From NCBI GenBank assembly GCA_027623325.1, contig JAQBXY010000001.1, positions 67,511 through 131,510 of the forward strand: a stretch of 64,000 bases of DNA. The letters are read 5' to 3'. How positions within the stretch are numbered: the stretch's first letter is position 1; each line of letters opens with the position of its first letter. The notes under the pieces are model-generated. The model made no database searches. It was not told where the DNA came from and saw only the letters and a program-made list of their open reading frames with translations. Shown one piece after another: positions 37,763 to 46,470 of this stretch. Source of the DNA: Gemmatimonadota bacterium (GTDB lineage: Bacteria > Gemmatimonadota > Gemmatimonadetes > Longimicrobiales > Gaopeijiaceae). A program made the translations under genes and the position numbers.

Positions 37763-38064
37763 GGAGCCTCTGCACAAGTAGGGTACCCCGCACGCAGGGG
37801 GCTCGCGAGACCGGGAGTAGGAACGACGACGAGTCGTAGTTGTTCTACGGCGAGGAGGAGAGACGACCTACCGGGCCGCGACCCCCCTGCGCCCAACCAT
37901 ATGGCAAATATCATCATGCGGGTTCTAGGGTGACGGTGGCACGGCCCCATCCCCGTCGTTGGAGCTCCTCGCCGTAGCTACGGCTATGCCTTCGTAGCTC
38001 CGCCTAGGGTCTGGGGCCGTGGCACCGTCATGCGGGGTGCCCTACTTGTGCAGAGGCTCCCTAG
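37759..38064. repeat. 306-bp element bounded by 34-nt terminal inverted repeats with nested internal stems (MITE-like or structured-RNA candidate)
   Basis: Left arm 37759..37792 is CTAGGGAGCCTCTGCACAAGTAGGGTACCCCGCA. Right arm 38031..38064 is TGCGGGGTGCCCTACTTGTGCAGAGGCTCCCTAG. They are complementary at 33/34 positions. Inner stems: 37793..37821 with 37867..37891 (imperfect) and 37931..37948 with 38013..38030 (17/18). A 14-nt perfect palindrome GCCGTAGCTACGGC lies at 37971..37984. The element fills the whole gap between the two convergent stop codons. Confidence 0.85.
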
Positions 38065-39414
38065 TCAGTTGCCCGGCGCGGGCGCCGGACCACCTGCGAT
38101 GCCGGCCCAACTCACCGCGTTCTCCCAAAGCGCCTGGACATCGCCGCCCGCTGCCGCGTCAGACGCCGGGAAAAGGCTCACACCAACGATGCGTTGTCCA
38201 CCAGGAAGAATCCTGTAGCCGATGAGGGGCGTGCCATCCGCCCACTCCGCGACCACGGTCGTACCCGTCCGCACTGTGACGCCACCCCAATAACCGGTTG
38301 AAGTCAAAGTAGTGACGCCGAGAGTCAGCGGGTGCGCGACAATGTTGTTCGCATTGATGGCACCGAGCGTATACCGGGCTCCGCCGGTGCTATTGAACGG
38401 ATCGATACTCTCGAACGCGCCCCATCCCGCTGACGCCTTGCCACTGTCGCTTCTGCCTTGCCAGTAGAAGGACCCCACGACCACGTTGCCGCCGGCTGTC
38501 ACATAATTGGCGACTTGGTTGCCGAGCGCCACGGATTCGTCGAAGAGCCCGTTCATCATCAGCAGAACGACGTCATGCTGATTCAGCACGGCCGCACCAG
38601 GCAATTGGTTCAAGTGGAAAAAGGTCGACACGGTCAAGGTCGGATCGTTCGCGAGCATCGCCGCAACGAAATCCGTGTCGTCCACGTCGCCGCCCGAAAG
38701 CACGAGCACGCTGGTCCCGCAGGCCGTGGTGCTCGTTCCAAAGTTCGCGACCAGGGCGTCGCCTTGAGTTTGGACCGTTAGGTCCCGAAGGCCCGGGCAA
38801 ACGAACGACGATCCACCCGATGGCGTCGGTTGCACCTGGTACTGACCGGTCGGGACATCCAGGAAGAGATAGGTGCCGTCCGATTCCGTCGCCACGGCAT
38901 CCACCATCGACTGGCCTTGGTAGAGGCCGACGCTCATTCCGTCGACACCCTGGCTGTTTTGTGTGGTAATCCTGCCCCGAATCCCCGGACCCGTGTACCG
39001 GATCAAGAGACTGACCTGGACCGAGGCGAGACCTTCGCCGAGTGACGTGGTACTCACGGAGCGGTAGAGCTCGACACCCAGCGCTGATGCGATCAGGGAG
39101 ATGGTAACCGTTCGCCCGAACGCATTCTGAGGCACGGTCACATCCAGAACATGCTGCGCGCCCCCCGGTTCGATCGTGACCACATCGGTGGCGATCAACT
39201 CGAGGGTGACGGCGTCAGTGATCGTGATCGCGTATTCGTCTACGCGATCAAATGCGCTTCCGAGAGCAGCGGTCTCATCGGCGGATACCGATTCGGGCTC
39301 AACGATGGCCAGTTGCAGCGAGAAGATCTCGAGGCCATCCGGACCCACGGCATCGGAGCAGCCCATCAGGGCCGCGGTCGCGACGAGCGCGAAGAACGAG
39401 CGTTTCATCAGCAT
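38065..39414 (-). CDS. hypothetical lipoprotein with carboxypeptidase-regulatory-like beta-sandwich and a C-terminal flavodoxin/ThuA-like (class I GATase-like) fold
   Basis: ATG 39414 overlaps the upstream stop by 1 nt (TGATG). Lipobox AALMGC|SD. GRITTQNSQGVDGMSVGLY...ESDGTYLFLDVPTGQYQV is CarboxypepD_reg-like. The tail VLVLSGGDVDD...HDVVLLMMNG...YVTAGGNVVVG resembles ThuA/GATase1-like folds (low certainty). Confidence 0.6.
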   Translation of the reverse strand: MLMKRSFFALVATAALMGCSDAVGPDGLEIFSLQLAIVEPESVSADETAALGSAFDRVDEYAITITDAVTLELIATDVVTIEPGGAQHVLDVTVPQNAFGRTVTISLIASALGVELYRSVSTTSLGEGLASVQVSLLIRYTGPGIRGRITTQNSQGVDGMSVGLYQGQSMVDAVATESDGTYLFLDVPTGQYQVQPTPSGGSSFVCPGLRDLTVQTQGDALVANFGTSTTACGTSVLVLSGGDVDDTDFVAAMLANDPTLTVSTFFHLNQLPGAAVLNQHDVVLLMMNGLFDESVALGNQVANYVTAGGNVVVGSFYWQGRSDSGKASAGWGAFESIDPFNSTGGARYTLGAINANNIVAHPLTLGVTTLTSTGYWGGVTVRTGTTVVAEWADGTPLIGYRILPGGQRIVGVSLFPASDAAAGGDVQALWENAVSWAGIAGGPAPAPGN

Positions 39415-40775
39415 CACGATCCGCCTCCCTTGATCTGGAGTGCGACCGTACCGTAATAGCCGTCCCACACCGTTGTGGAACCGTCGCCGCTGAACTTGCC
39501 CCCGCTCACTTCGAGCTGAACCGGACCCAGACCAAGCCCGCCGCCCGCCGTGATCGCGCCCAATCCGTCAGAAGCGCGCGTCATGCCCGCCCGAAGGGTC
39601 AGCAGCGGGATCTTCTGTTCGATGCCAACCGACAGTCGCTCGTCCCAGGCCGATGTGTAGCGACCCCTCGGAGCGACCTGGATACCGACCGCTTCGAGGC
39701 TCGTACCGCCTGAGCGCCATCCGAGACCCGCTCGGAAGACCTGAGGGAAGTAGGACTCCTCAAATAGGCCCTGCGAAGCTTCGAACACCTCGAGGCTCAC
39801 CGAATTGGGCGTGATTGGCTGCGCGTCATATCGATCCAAGAGATCGATGAAGTCGACGTTGGAGTCGAAGTCCGACTCCGCGTACGTGGCTGAATGGGCG
39901 ACGAGGCCCTCGTCCCAGGTCATTCGCTGGACAACGTTCGTCCCGGATGCAGAGGCTCGGAAGCCCGCCGGCAATTCGAGTGACAAGCCCACATCGAGAC
40001 CATATCCAGTCCCGGACGTCGCCTCCACCGCTACGGACTGGACCGTCATCGTCAGGTTATTGAGATCGATATCAGGCTCGAAGAACCGCCCGCTAACCAT
40101 GCCGTGACCCATGACGTAACGGCCGCCCACCCCCACGGAGAGAAGCCCTCCCAACGTGGTTCCGTATGCGACGGTGACTTCCGAAAACGAGGTGGTGCTC
40201 CAGCCGGTATTGCCGACCGAGTAATTCTGGATGTTCTGTTCGACGAAACCGTTGCCGATCAGGTCGGCGAGGTCTCGACTGATCGATGCGTTCATGAGGA
40301 CTCGACTCCGAACCCTGACTCCGATCGGTCCGACTGCAATACCGATCGAGGGAAGCGGTGATCCTGGCTGTGGAATTTCAGCCTGCCGGGTCCCGTAGGC
40401 AGTAAGGTATCCCTCGGTCACCGAAGAGAACTGAAACCCACCGGCAGGAAGTCCGTCGATGATCTGGGGTACGGTCCGGTCGGTAGTTAGAAACGACAGA
40501 AAGCGCGGCGCCTCTGCGCCAAACACGGCGAGCATATCCTTGAACGCCGCGCCCGACCCCAACGTCGAAAAACCAGCCTCGTAGAGGGATATGTTCCACC
40601 CTCCACCCCAACCCAGATTGGCGGGATTCCACTCTACTGCGTCGACGCCTGTCGCGAAGACCATTCCTCCGCCGCCCATTGCGACGGAGCGGGCCCCGGG
40701 TGACATCTGCGCTATCGTCGCTCCGGGGAGTAGAAAGAGCGCCACCAAGGCTCTCAACAACGTCGTCTTTCTCAT
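39414..40775 (-). CDS. outer-membrane beta-barrel protein, PorV/FadL/TraF-like
   Basis: Signal peptide LLPGATIAQ. N-terminal ARSVAMGGGGMVFATGVDAVEWNPANLG matches the PorV/UPF0164-type motif. Gly/aromatic-rich alternating strands throughout. Confidence 0.6.
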   Translation of the reverse strand: MRKTTLLRALVALFLLPGATIAQMSPGARSVAMGGGGMVFATGVDAVEWNPANLGWGGGWNISLYEAGFSTLGSGAAFKDMLAVFGAEAPRFLSFLTTDRTVPQIIDGLPAGGFQFSSVTEGYLTAYGTRQAEIPQPGSPLPSIGIAVGPIGVRVRSRVLMNASISRDLADLIGNGFVEQNIQNYSVGNTGWSTTSFSEVTVAYGTTLGGLLSVGVGGRYVMGHGMVSGRFFEPDIDLNNLTMTVQSVAVEATSGTGYGLDVGLSLELPAGFRASASGTNVVQRMTWDEGLVAHSATYAESDFDSNVDFIDLLDRYDAQPITPNSVSLEVFEASQGLFEESYFPQVFRAGLGWRSGGTSLEAVGIQVAPRGRYTSAWDERLSVGIEQKIPLLTLRAGMTRASDGLGAITAGGGLGLGPVQLEVSGGKFSGDGSTTVWDGYYGTVALQIKGGGS

Positions 40776-41896
40776 CGACGCAGCCTGACGTGTGCGACGA
40801 TGGTCCCGATCGTTTCAGTTCCGTCCTCATTTCTCAAGGTGACCTCGGCCTCGACGCGGATGGTCAGCATCTCACTCGTGCCGATGCCGGTCACACCGAA
40901 TTCAAATTGTTCGTTGGGCTCGACGAAGTTCGCTGAAGTCCTCGTCAACCCAAACGTCATCACGTTCCCGCTGATCGACAGTGTGGTCGCTGCAGGAGTG
41001 TCGCCGCTGCCGGTGTGAACTCCATCGTCGAGTTGGTACCTCGATACCACCCGATTGATTCGGGCGCGTACCTCGCCGTCCATCGTGATGGAGCCTACCA
41101 CATTGGTTGGCACTCCGTTCTGATCAAAGTCCAGAAACTCGAGGGAGGCTTCTACGGATGGGCTGAGCAGAAAGAGTTCATCACCGAGACGTTCGCGGAC
41201 GACGTCGTCGGCCCAGACACGGATCAACCCGGACGTGAAACACTGACGCACCGTTGGCGCACAACTGGCCGAAAACTGCACTCCCCCATGACTCGACAAG
41301 GCCGGCCCCGAGGGGAACGGTGCAGGCGAGGGAGGCGGAACGGCCCCTCCTCCGAGCGCCGGGGGAATCCCGCGTGCGACCGCCAGAGCATCCTCCGCCA
41401 CCACGGCCGCCATCCAACCCAGTTCGTCGACGTCAGCGGTGAGGAATCCGTTCGTGAGGTCGTACGTGCCCCCGAAAATGGCGATAGAGCCATTCTGTCG
41501 AAGGACCGCGACGGAGAGACGCACGTCGTCGCCGATCTCGAGGAGTGCCGGTGGCACCGCGATCTGAACCCTCGCCGGCACGGCCAGCATCGTCCCGGCA
41601 GGCCCCACGTCGTAGGCGGACCCCGGAACAGCAACTCCGCCCCCATCAGGGAACGGTGCGGTGATCAGCGGCGTCACCCCGACTGATACCGATGCAGGCA
41701 GGGATCCCGCCGGGAATTGGAGAGAGAACGAGGGCGGCACACTGATCGTACCGCCGGTCGTTCCGATCGTGATCGTGGCACCCTCACCCTCGCTCAACTC
41801 GAACGGGAGAACCTGATCGGCTTGCTGGCAGCCTGTAGCCAAGACCGACAGAAATGCGACCAGGGGGAGGTGCTCAATAAGGCAAGATTTGCGCAT
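40772..41896 (-). CDS. hypothetical lipoprotein (first gene of the envelope operon)
   Basis: ATG 41896 gives MRKSCLIEHLPLVAFLSVLATGC|QQ (lipobox). Its stop overlaps the next gene's start by 4 nt. Pro-rich linker PPPSPAPFPSGP between two beta-rich halves. Confidence 0.6.
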   Translation of the reverse strand: MRKSCLIEHLPLVAFLSVLATGCQQADQVLPFELSEGEGATITIGTTGGTISVPPSFSLQFPAGSLPASVSVGVTPLITAPFPDGGGVAVPGSAYDVGPAGTMLAVPARVQIAVPPALLEIGDDVRLSVAVLRQNGSIAIFGGTYDLTNGFLTADVDELGWMAAVVAEDALAVARGIPPALGGGAVPPPSPAPFPSGPALSSHGGVQFSASCAPTVRQCFTSGLIRVWADDVVRERLGDELFLLSPSVEASLEFLDFDQNGVPTNVVGSITMDGEVRARINRVVSRYQLDDGVHTGSGDTPAATTLSISGNVMTFGLTRTSANFVEPNEQFEFGVTGIGTSEMLTIRVEAEVTLRNEDGTETIGTIVAHVRLRR

Positions 41897-42016
41897 AATA
41901 TGTAAGTTGTGTCCGGTTCGGACGACCTGGCAATGATCTTGTTTGGCCGTCACATCGACGTGCAAGGCAAGGTAGCTCTTGAGGTTTTCCCGCTTGGGAA
42001 CCCCTTACTCCCCCTT

Positions 42017-42508
42017 CTATACTTGCAACTCTCGGTCCAGCTGTTCGCGAACTTCGCGCCGCCGCCTGCCTTCTCGGGCTCGCCTGGCGTCCTCCGGGTC
42101 CGACAGATCCAGTGGTCGCACCGTGCAGGGCCTGTGGTTCTTGTCGATGGCGACGAAGGTCAGGAGACATGTGTTCGTGTGCCGTTTGTTGCCAGTGAGG
42201 AGATTCTCGGCTTCCACGAGAACACCGATCTCCATGGACGTACGGCCGACGAAGTTCACTCGCGCCGTGCACGTCACGAGCTCACCTGTATAGATCGGCT
42301 CCACGAAGTCGACGCGATCGATCGAGACGGTGACGGACGCACCCCGGGCATGGCGCATCGCAGCAACCGCCGCAGCCCGGTCTACCATCGAGAGCAGTTC
42401 CCCACCAAAAACATGGCCGAGATTGTTGACCTGGTGCGGCATCATCAGCTCTGAGACGACGGCCACGGATTCTTCGGGCTTCTTCGGGGTCGAATCGACG
42501 TTATTCAT
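42017..42508 (-). CDS. acyl-CoA thioesterase (hotdog fold, YciA/BFIT-like)
   Basis: MPHQVNNLGHVFGGELLSMVD...VSIDRVDFVEPIYTGELV is a typical hotdog thioesterase. Only the last 163 codons of ORF 42017..43243 look coding. Confidence 0.8.
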   Translation of the reverse strand: MNNVDSTPKKPEESVAVVSELMMPHQVNNLGHVFGGELLSMVDRAAAVAAMRHARGASVTVSIDRVDFVEPIYTGELVTCTARVNFVGRTSMEIGVLVEAENLLTGNKRHTNTCLLTFVAIDKNHRPCTVRPLDLSDPEDARRAREGRRRREVREQLDRELQV

Positions 42509-42638
42509 GCCGCGTGGGTACACCGGGTGGCTCCGCCGGTTCTGTTTCGCCCGGCGCGGCTCGCATCGCACACTGTTGCACGACAGAGGGTGAGCGGCGA
42601 GACTGCCCCTCTCCCTCAACCCTCTCAGCAGATTCTTC

Positions 42639-44120
42639 GTGGAAGACTCCACCGACCCGACCGCGTATCGAACAGCGCAGCGCCTTGGCCTTGTCCTCGG
42701 CGCGGTTGTTTTCGGCCTGCTCCTTATTCTCCCACCTCCTCCTGGACTGTCGGTTGAGGGATGGCGTACGGCCGCTGTCGCCGTCTTGATGGCCGTTTGG
42801 TGGATGACTGAGGCGATTCCGATCCCAGCGACCGCCATCCTTCCCATCGGGCTCTTCCCGATTCTTGGAGTGCTCGATGCCCCGAACGCGTCCGCCCCGT
42901 ATGCGAATGAGCTGATCTTCCTCTTTATGGGTGGCTTCTTTCTCGCAGTCACCATGCAGAAGTGGGGACTGCACAAGAGGATCGCACTTGGGATCATGGC
43001 GTTCGTCGGGACGAGCCCCAACCGCCTGGTGCTGGGTTTCATGATCGCGACGGCGTTCCTGTCCATGTGGATCAGCAACACCGCCACAACCGCCATGATG
43101 CTCCCGATCGCCTTGGCGGTTGGTGAGATGTTCCGCCCTCCGGACCAAGAGGGTCCGTACGACTTCGGAATCGCCATGATGCTGGGCGTGGCATACGCAG
43201 CTTCCATCGGAGGCATCAGCACCCTCATCGGGACGCCACCCAACGCGGTCCTGGCCGGTGCGGCGAGCGAGCTTCTGGGCTACGACATTGGCTTCGTGCA
43301 GTGGATGGGCGTCGGCCTCCCCATCACTCTCATCATGCTGCCGCTCACGTGGATTTTGCTCACCCGATTCCTTCATCCGCCGGGCGAGCTATCGGGCGAT
43401 GCGGCAGCGCTCATAGAAGGCGAACGGGCGGCGATGGGAACGCCGAGTCGGGGTGAAAGGATCACTGGGGCGGTGTTTGGACTAACCGCGCTGGCGTGGG
43501 TCATGCGTTCAGAGAAGACGATCGGGGGCCTCACCATTCCAGGGCTGGAGACGTGGTCGCCGAATGTGACCGACTCGACGATCGCCATGACCGCCGCGGC
43601 GCTGCTCTTCGTGCTACCGGTCGACTGGAAGAAGGGCGACTTCGCCTTGGATTGGCCGACGGCCCGCAGGATCCCCTGGGGTGTCTTGGTGCTGTTCGGC
43701 GGAGGGCTCTCCCTGGCCCGAGCGATGGATCAGTCCGGACTGGCCAATTGGATCGGTAGTATCGTGGGCACGCTCCAGGCGGTGCCTACCATACTGATCG
43801 TGGCCTTCGTCACGACGCTGGTCGTGTTCCTGACCGAGCTGACGTCGAATGTGGCCACGACGAGCATGGCAATGCCCGTCATGGCAGGCGCTGCGATAGG
43901 CCTAGGGATCGAGCCGCTCATGCTCATGACCGCGGCCGCTGTTGCGGCGTCCATGGCCTTCATGCTGCCCGTCGCAACGCCCCCCAACGCGATCGTGTTC
44001 GGGTCCGGGTACATCACGATTCCACAGATGAGTCGCGCCGGGCTGATCCTGAACCTCTGCGCTATCGTGCTCATCACGACGCTCGGCAGCGTACTGATTC
44101 CGATATTTCTCTCGCGATAA
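42639..44120 (+). CDS. DASS/SLC13-family sodium-coupled anion (di/tricarboxylate or sulfate) symporter
   Basis: GTG start. WWMTEAIPIPATAILP and a second hairpin motif SNVATTSMAMPV. Polytopic, 493 aa. Confidence 0.85.
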   Translation: MEDSTDPTAYRTAQRLGLVLGAVVFGLLLILPPPPGLSVEGWRTAAVAVLMAVWWMTEAIPIPATAILPIGLFPILGVLDAPNASAPYANELIFLFMGGFFLAVTMQKWGLHKRIALGIMAFVGTSPNRLVLGFMIATAFLSMWISNTATTAMMLPIALAVGEMFRPPDQEGPYDFGIAMMLGVAYAASIGGISTLIGTPPNAVLAGAASELLGYDIGFVQWMGVGLPITLIMLPLTWILLTRFLHPPGELSGDAAALIEGERAAMGTPSRGERITGAVFGLTALAWVMRSEKTIGGLTIPGLETWSPNVTDSTIAMTAAALLFVLPVDWKKGDFALDWPTARRIPWGVLVLFGGGLSLARAMDQSGLANWIGSIVGTLQAVPTILIVAFVTTLVVFLTELTSNVATTSMAMPVMAGAAIGLGIEPLMLMTAAAVAASMAFMLPVATPPNAIVFGSGYITIPQMSRAGLILNLCAIVLITTLGSVLIPIFLSR

Positions 44121-44123
44121 GGG

Positions 44124-44615
44124 ATGATGATGATGACGAGGCGGAAGCTCACGAGAGCGTTGCTTGGTCTGGGCCTCATGTGCGTCGGGCCCCTGGTTGC
44201 AGAGGCTCAGGACCGGTCGGGCCCGCTTGCGTCCGTCGAGCAGATGTTCGAAGGCATGCGGACGGCGAACCCTGCCATGGTGCGGGAGGTGTTCGCGAGC
44301 GACGCCCGCTTCGCGGTCATCGACAGCCGAGGCGGGACTCCTTCGATCGCGTCGCAAAGCGTCGACGGTTGGATCTCCGCCATCGGCGACTCGGGGGGGC
44401 AATGGGACGAACAGGTCTACGACCTGGACGTTCGCGTCGATGGTGACATGGCGTCGATTTGGGCGCCCTACACGTTCTACTTGAACGGCGCGGTCCGGCA
44501 CTGCGGCATCAATTCCATCGAGCTGCTTCGGGACAGAGAGGGGTGGAAGGTCACACAGCTATCTGACACGCGACGAACCGAGAACTGCCCGGACCCACTC
44601 GGCGACCTGGAGTAA
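44124..44615 (+). CDS. secreted NTF2-like (SnoaL/DUF4440-type) protein
   Basis: Signal peptide ending VAEAQ. ~130-aa cone-fold-like region (DVRVDGDMASIWAPYTFYLNG...). Starts 3 nt after the DASS stop. Confidence 0.55.
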   Translation: MMMMTRRKLTRALLGLGLMCVGPLVAEAQDRSGPLASVEQMFEGMRTANPAMVREVFASDARFAVIDSRGGTPSIASQSVDGWISAIGDSGGQWDEQVYDLDVRVDGDMASIWAPYTFYLNGAVRHCGINSIELLRDREGWKVTQLSDTRRTENCPDPLGDLE

Positions 44616-44617
44616 TC

Positions 44618-44636
44618 GACCGGACCCCGTCCGGTC
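44618..44636. terminator. short hairpin between convergent genes
   Basis: GACCGGA-CCCCG-TCCGGTC, a 7-bp stem. It overlaps the stop of the minus-strand hydrolase gene. No U-tract. Confidence 0.3.
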
Positions 44637-45486
44637 AGAGTCGGCTGAGAAAATCCTCGACGAGGTTCATCGTCTCGGGTGCCCCCAAAACGTCCGTGTG
44701 TTCGTGGGCGGCGATGAGGTGGTAGTCCATGCCTGCGGCGGCGGACAGTCGCTCGGCATGATCTCGCACCACCCTATCGTCGTTCTCCGGCTGGAGCATG
44801 AGAATGGGGAGGTCCAACTCACGGATGCGTCGGCTGGGCGTGAGCGGCCGCATACTTCCGCCGACACGAAGCCATAGGAACGGACGCAGGAGCACCACCA
44901 ATAGACCTCCGGGGAATCCGTGGTCCGTCAGGTATTCGGCTGTCACCCGCATGACATCAGATGGGGCGGCGATGAGGACAAGACCATCGATCGGTGCTCC
45001 GTCCGCGGCAGCGAGCACGCCGGCCGCACCACCCAGCGAGTGGCCCACGACCACGAGTTGCCGATCAGGGAAGCGCTTCGCGGCATAGCGGACTACGGCC
45101 ATCAGGTCGTCCCGAAAGTGCCGGATCGTCACGAGCCGCTCCGGCCTGTTCAAGCCGTGCCCCCGCACATCGAAGAGGAGCACATCATGGCCGCGACGAA
45201 CCAACGGCTCACCGAGCCGGATTACGGTCCCGTGGCTCGCTCCCCATCCGTGGGCGATCAGAACCAGAGGCTCGAACGGCTGCGCCTGGGGCGAACGCAA
45301 GAACCAAGCGGCCAAATCCCGATCCCCCGAACGAATCGACAGGTCCTCGTGTTCCAGTCCCGACTCCGGCACGGTCCGCTCCGGCGGCTTTACCGCCGGG
45401 CTCAGAATGAGCACTGCGGCTCGGTCCATTCCCGCGAGCACGACCGCGACAATGAGAATCAGGAGGCCAAGGCCCGCTGTGGTCAA
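44635..45486 (-). CDS. alpha/beta-fold hydrolase with N-terminal membrane anchor
   Basis: GHSLGG nucleophile elbow. LIAHGWG oxyanion region. The TTG 45486 start, which overlaps the upstream stop, is chosen. The longer ORF to 45582 would overlap 100 nt of the FAD-subunit gene. Confidence 0.7.
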   Translation of the reverse strand: MTTAGLGLLILIVAVVLAGMDRAAVLILSPAVKPPERTVPESGLEHEDLSIRSGDRDLAAWFLRSPQAQPFEPLVLIAHGWGASHGTVIRLGEPLVRRGHDVLLFDVRGHGLNRPERLVTIRHFRDDLMAVVRYAAKRFPDRQLVVVGHSLGGAAGVLAAADGAPIDGLVLIAAPSDVMRVTAEYLTDHGFPGGLLVVLLRPFLWLRVGGSMRPLTPSRRIRELDLPILMLQPENDDRVVRDHAERLSAAAGMDYHLIAAHEHTDVLGAPETMNLVEDFLSRL

Positions 45487-46469
45487 TCGACTGTGACCCG
45501 GGCGAGAGCTCTCCTCACATAGACCGGCACCATGGCCCTCCTCCACTCGGGATCCACTGTGATGTTCTCGAGGGGGTGGCACTGCTTGTGGGCACGGATC
45601 GCCAACTCTTCGATGACGTCTGCATCCAGCTTCCTACCTTCCGCAACCTCGCCCCACCCAGTGAGCACTCGGGGCCTCGACCCGAGGGCCGTCACCACAC
45701 CGTCGATCGAACCCACTGTGCCGTCGGCTTCCATCTCTGCTGCGATCGCGACCGTGAGCAAGGGAAAGTCGATCGACTTGCGTTGACGGAGTTTCACATA
45801 AGCCTGTCGACGTCCGGCGGCCGCTAGTGGCACCCGGACTTCGGTGAGGATCTCTGTCGTCTCACGCTTCGTGTTCGAGATCCCGTCGGCGAGAAAGAAA
45901 TCTCGGATCGGGACCTCGCGTTCGCCCCGAGGCCCTACCAAGACCACTACGGCATCGAGCGTCATGAGCACCGGTGGCGTGTCGGCCGAGTGCGCGGCGA
46001 CGCACTTCTTTCCGACCTTCGTCACGTGGCAGACGTCTCCGTCCTTCTTGAGGCAATATCCGAGCGCCTCTCTCCAAAACGCGGTCTGGTTGTAATAGGT
46101 GCAGCGTGTCTCGAGGCAGACGTTGCCACCGATGGTGCCTGCGTTCCTGAGCTGCGGTCCCGCCACGTGGGCGGCTGCCTCGGCAAGAGCAGGGAAGCGC
46201 GTCCGGACGCCAAGATCCTGCGAAACTGCAGTGAGTGTCTCGGCCCCTCCTATGCGAAGGAACGCACCGTCTTCTCGAATACCCTTGAGTTCGCTTACGC
46301 CCTTGAGCGCGATCAAGTGTCGCGGCTCGAAGAGTCCGTGCTTCATATTGGGGACGAGGTCGGTGCCCCCCGCGATATACATCGCGTTGCCCGAGAGTTC
46401 GCCCATGAGCCCGACCGCGTCCGACAACGACGTCGGTCGGTGATATTCGAATTCGGGGAGTCGCAGCAT
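45483..46469 (-). CDS. FAD-binding subunit of a xanthine dehydrogenase-family molybdoenzyme, carrying a Cys-rich insertion (4-hydroxybenzoyl-CoA reductase beta-like)
   Basis: FEYHRP...AGGTDLVPNMK FAD_binding_5 motif. After GTIGGN there is a ~40-aa insert, VCLETRCTYYNQTAFWREALGYCLKKDGDVCHVTKVGKKCVAAH, with 5 Cys. Confidence 0.8.
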   Translation of the reverse strand: MLRLPEFEYHRPTSLSDAVGLMGELSGNAMYIAGGTDLVPNMKHGLFEPRHLIALKGVSELKGIREDGAFLRIGGAETLTAVSQDLGVRTRFPALAEAAAHVAGPQLRNAGTIGGNVCLETRCTYYNQTAFWREALGYCLKKDGDVCHVTKVGKKCVAAHSADTPPVLMTLDAVVVLVGPRGEREVPIRDFFLADGISNTKRETTEILTEVRVPLAAAGRRQAYVKLRQRKSIDFPLLTVAIAAEMEADGTVGSIDGVVTALGSRPRVLTGWGEVAEGRKLDADVIEELAIRAHKQCHPLENITVDPEWRRAMVPVYVRRALARVTVD

Positions 46470-46470
46470 C

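Noticed and set aside
37759-38225. Short ORFs 37759..37950 (-) and 38019..38225 (+) inside or overlapping the inverted-repeat element
   Set aside because: The translations are Arg/Pro/Gly-rich. The reading frames are a by-product of the palindromic sequence and of the antisense strand of the neighbouring gene. They have no Shine-Dalgarno sequences.
42509-43376. N-terminal 245 codons of ORF 42017..43243 and the 291-aa ORF 42501..43376 (minus strand)
   Set aside because: They lie opposite the DASS symporter, whose membrane-protein signature is unambiguous. Only the last 163 codons (42017..42508) look like a real hotdog thioesterase.
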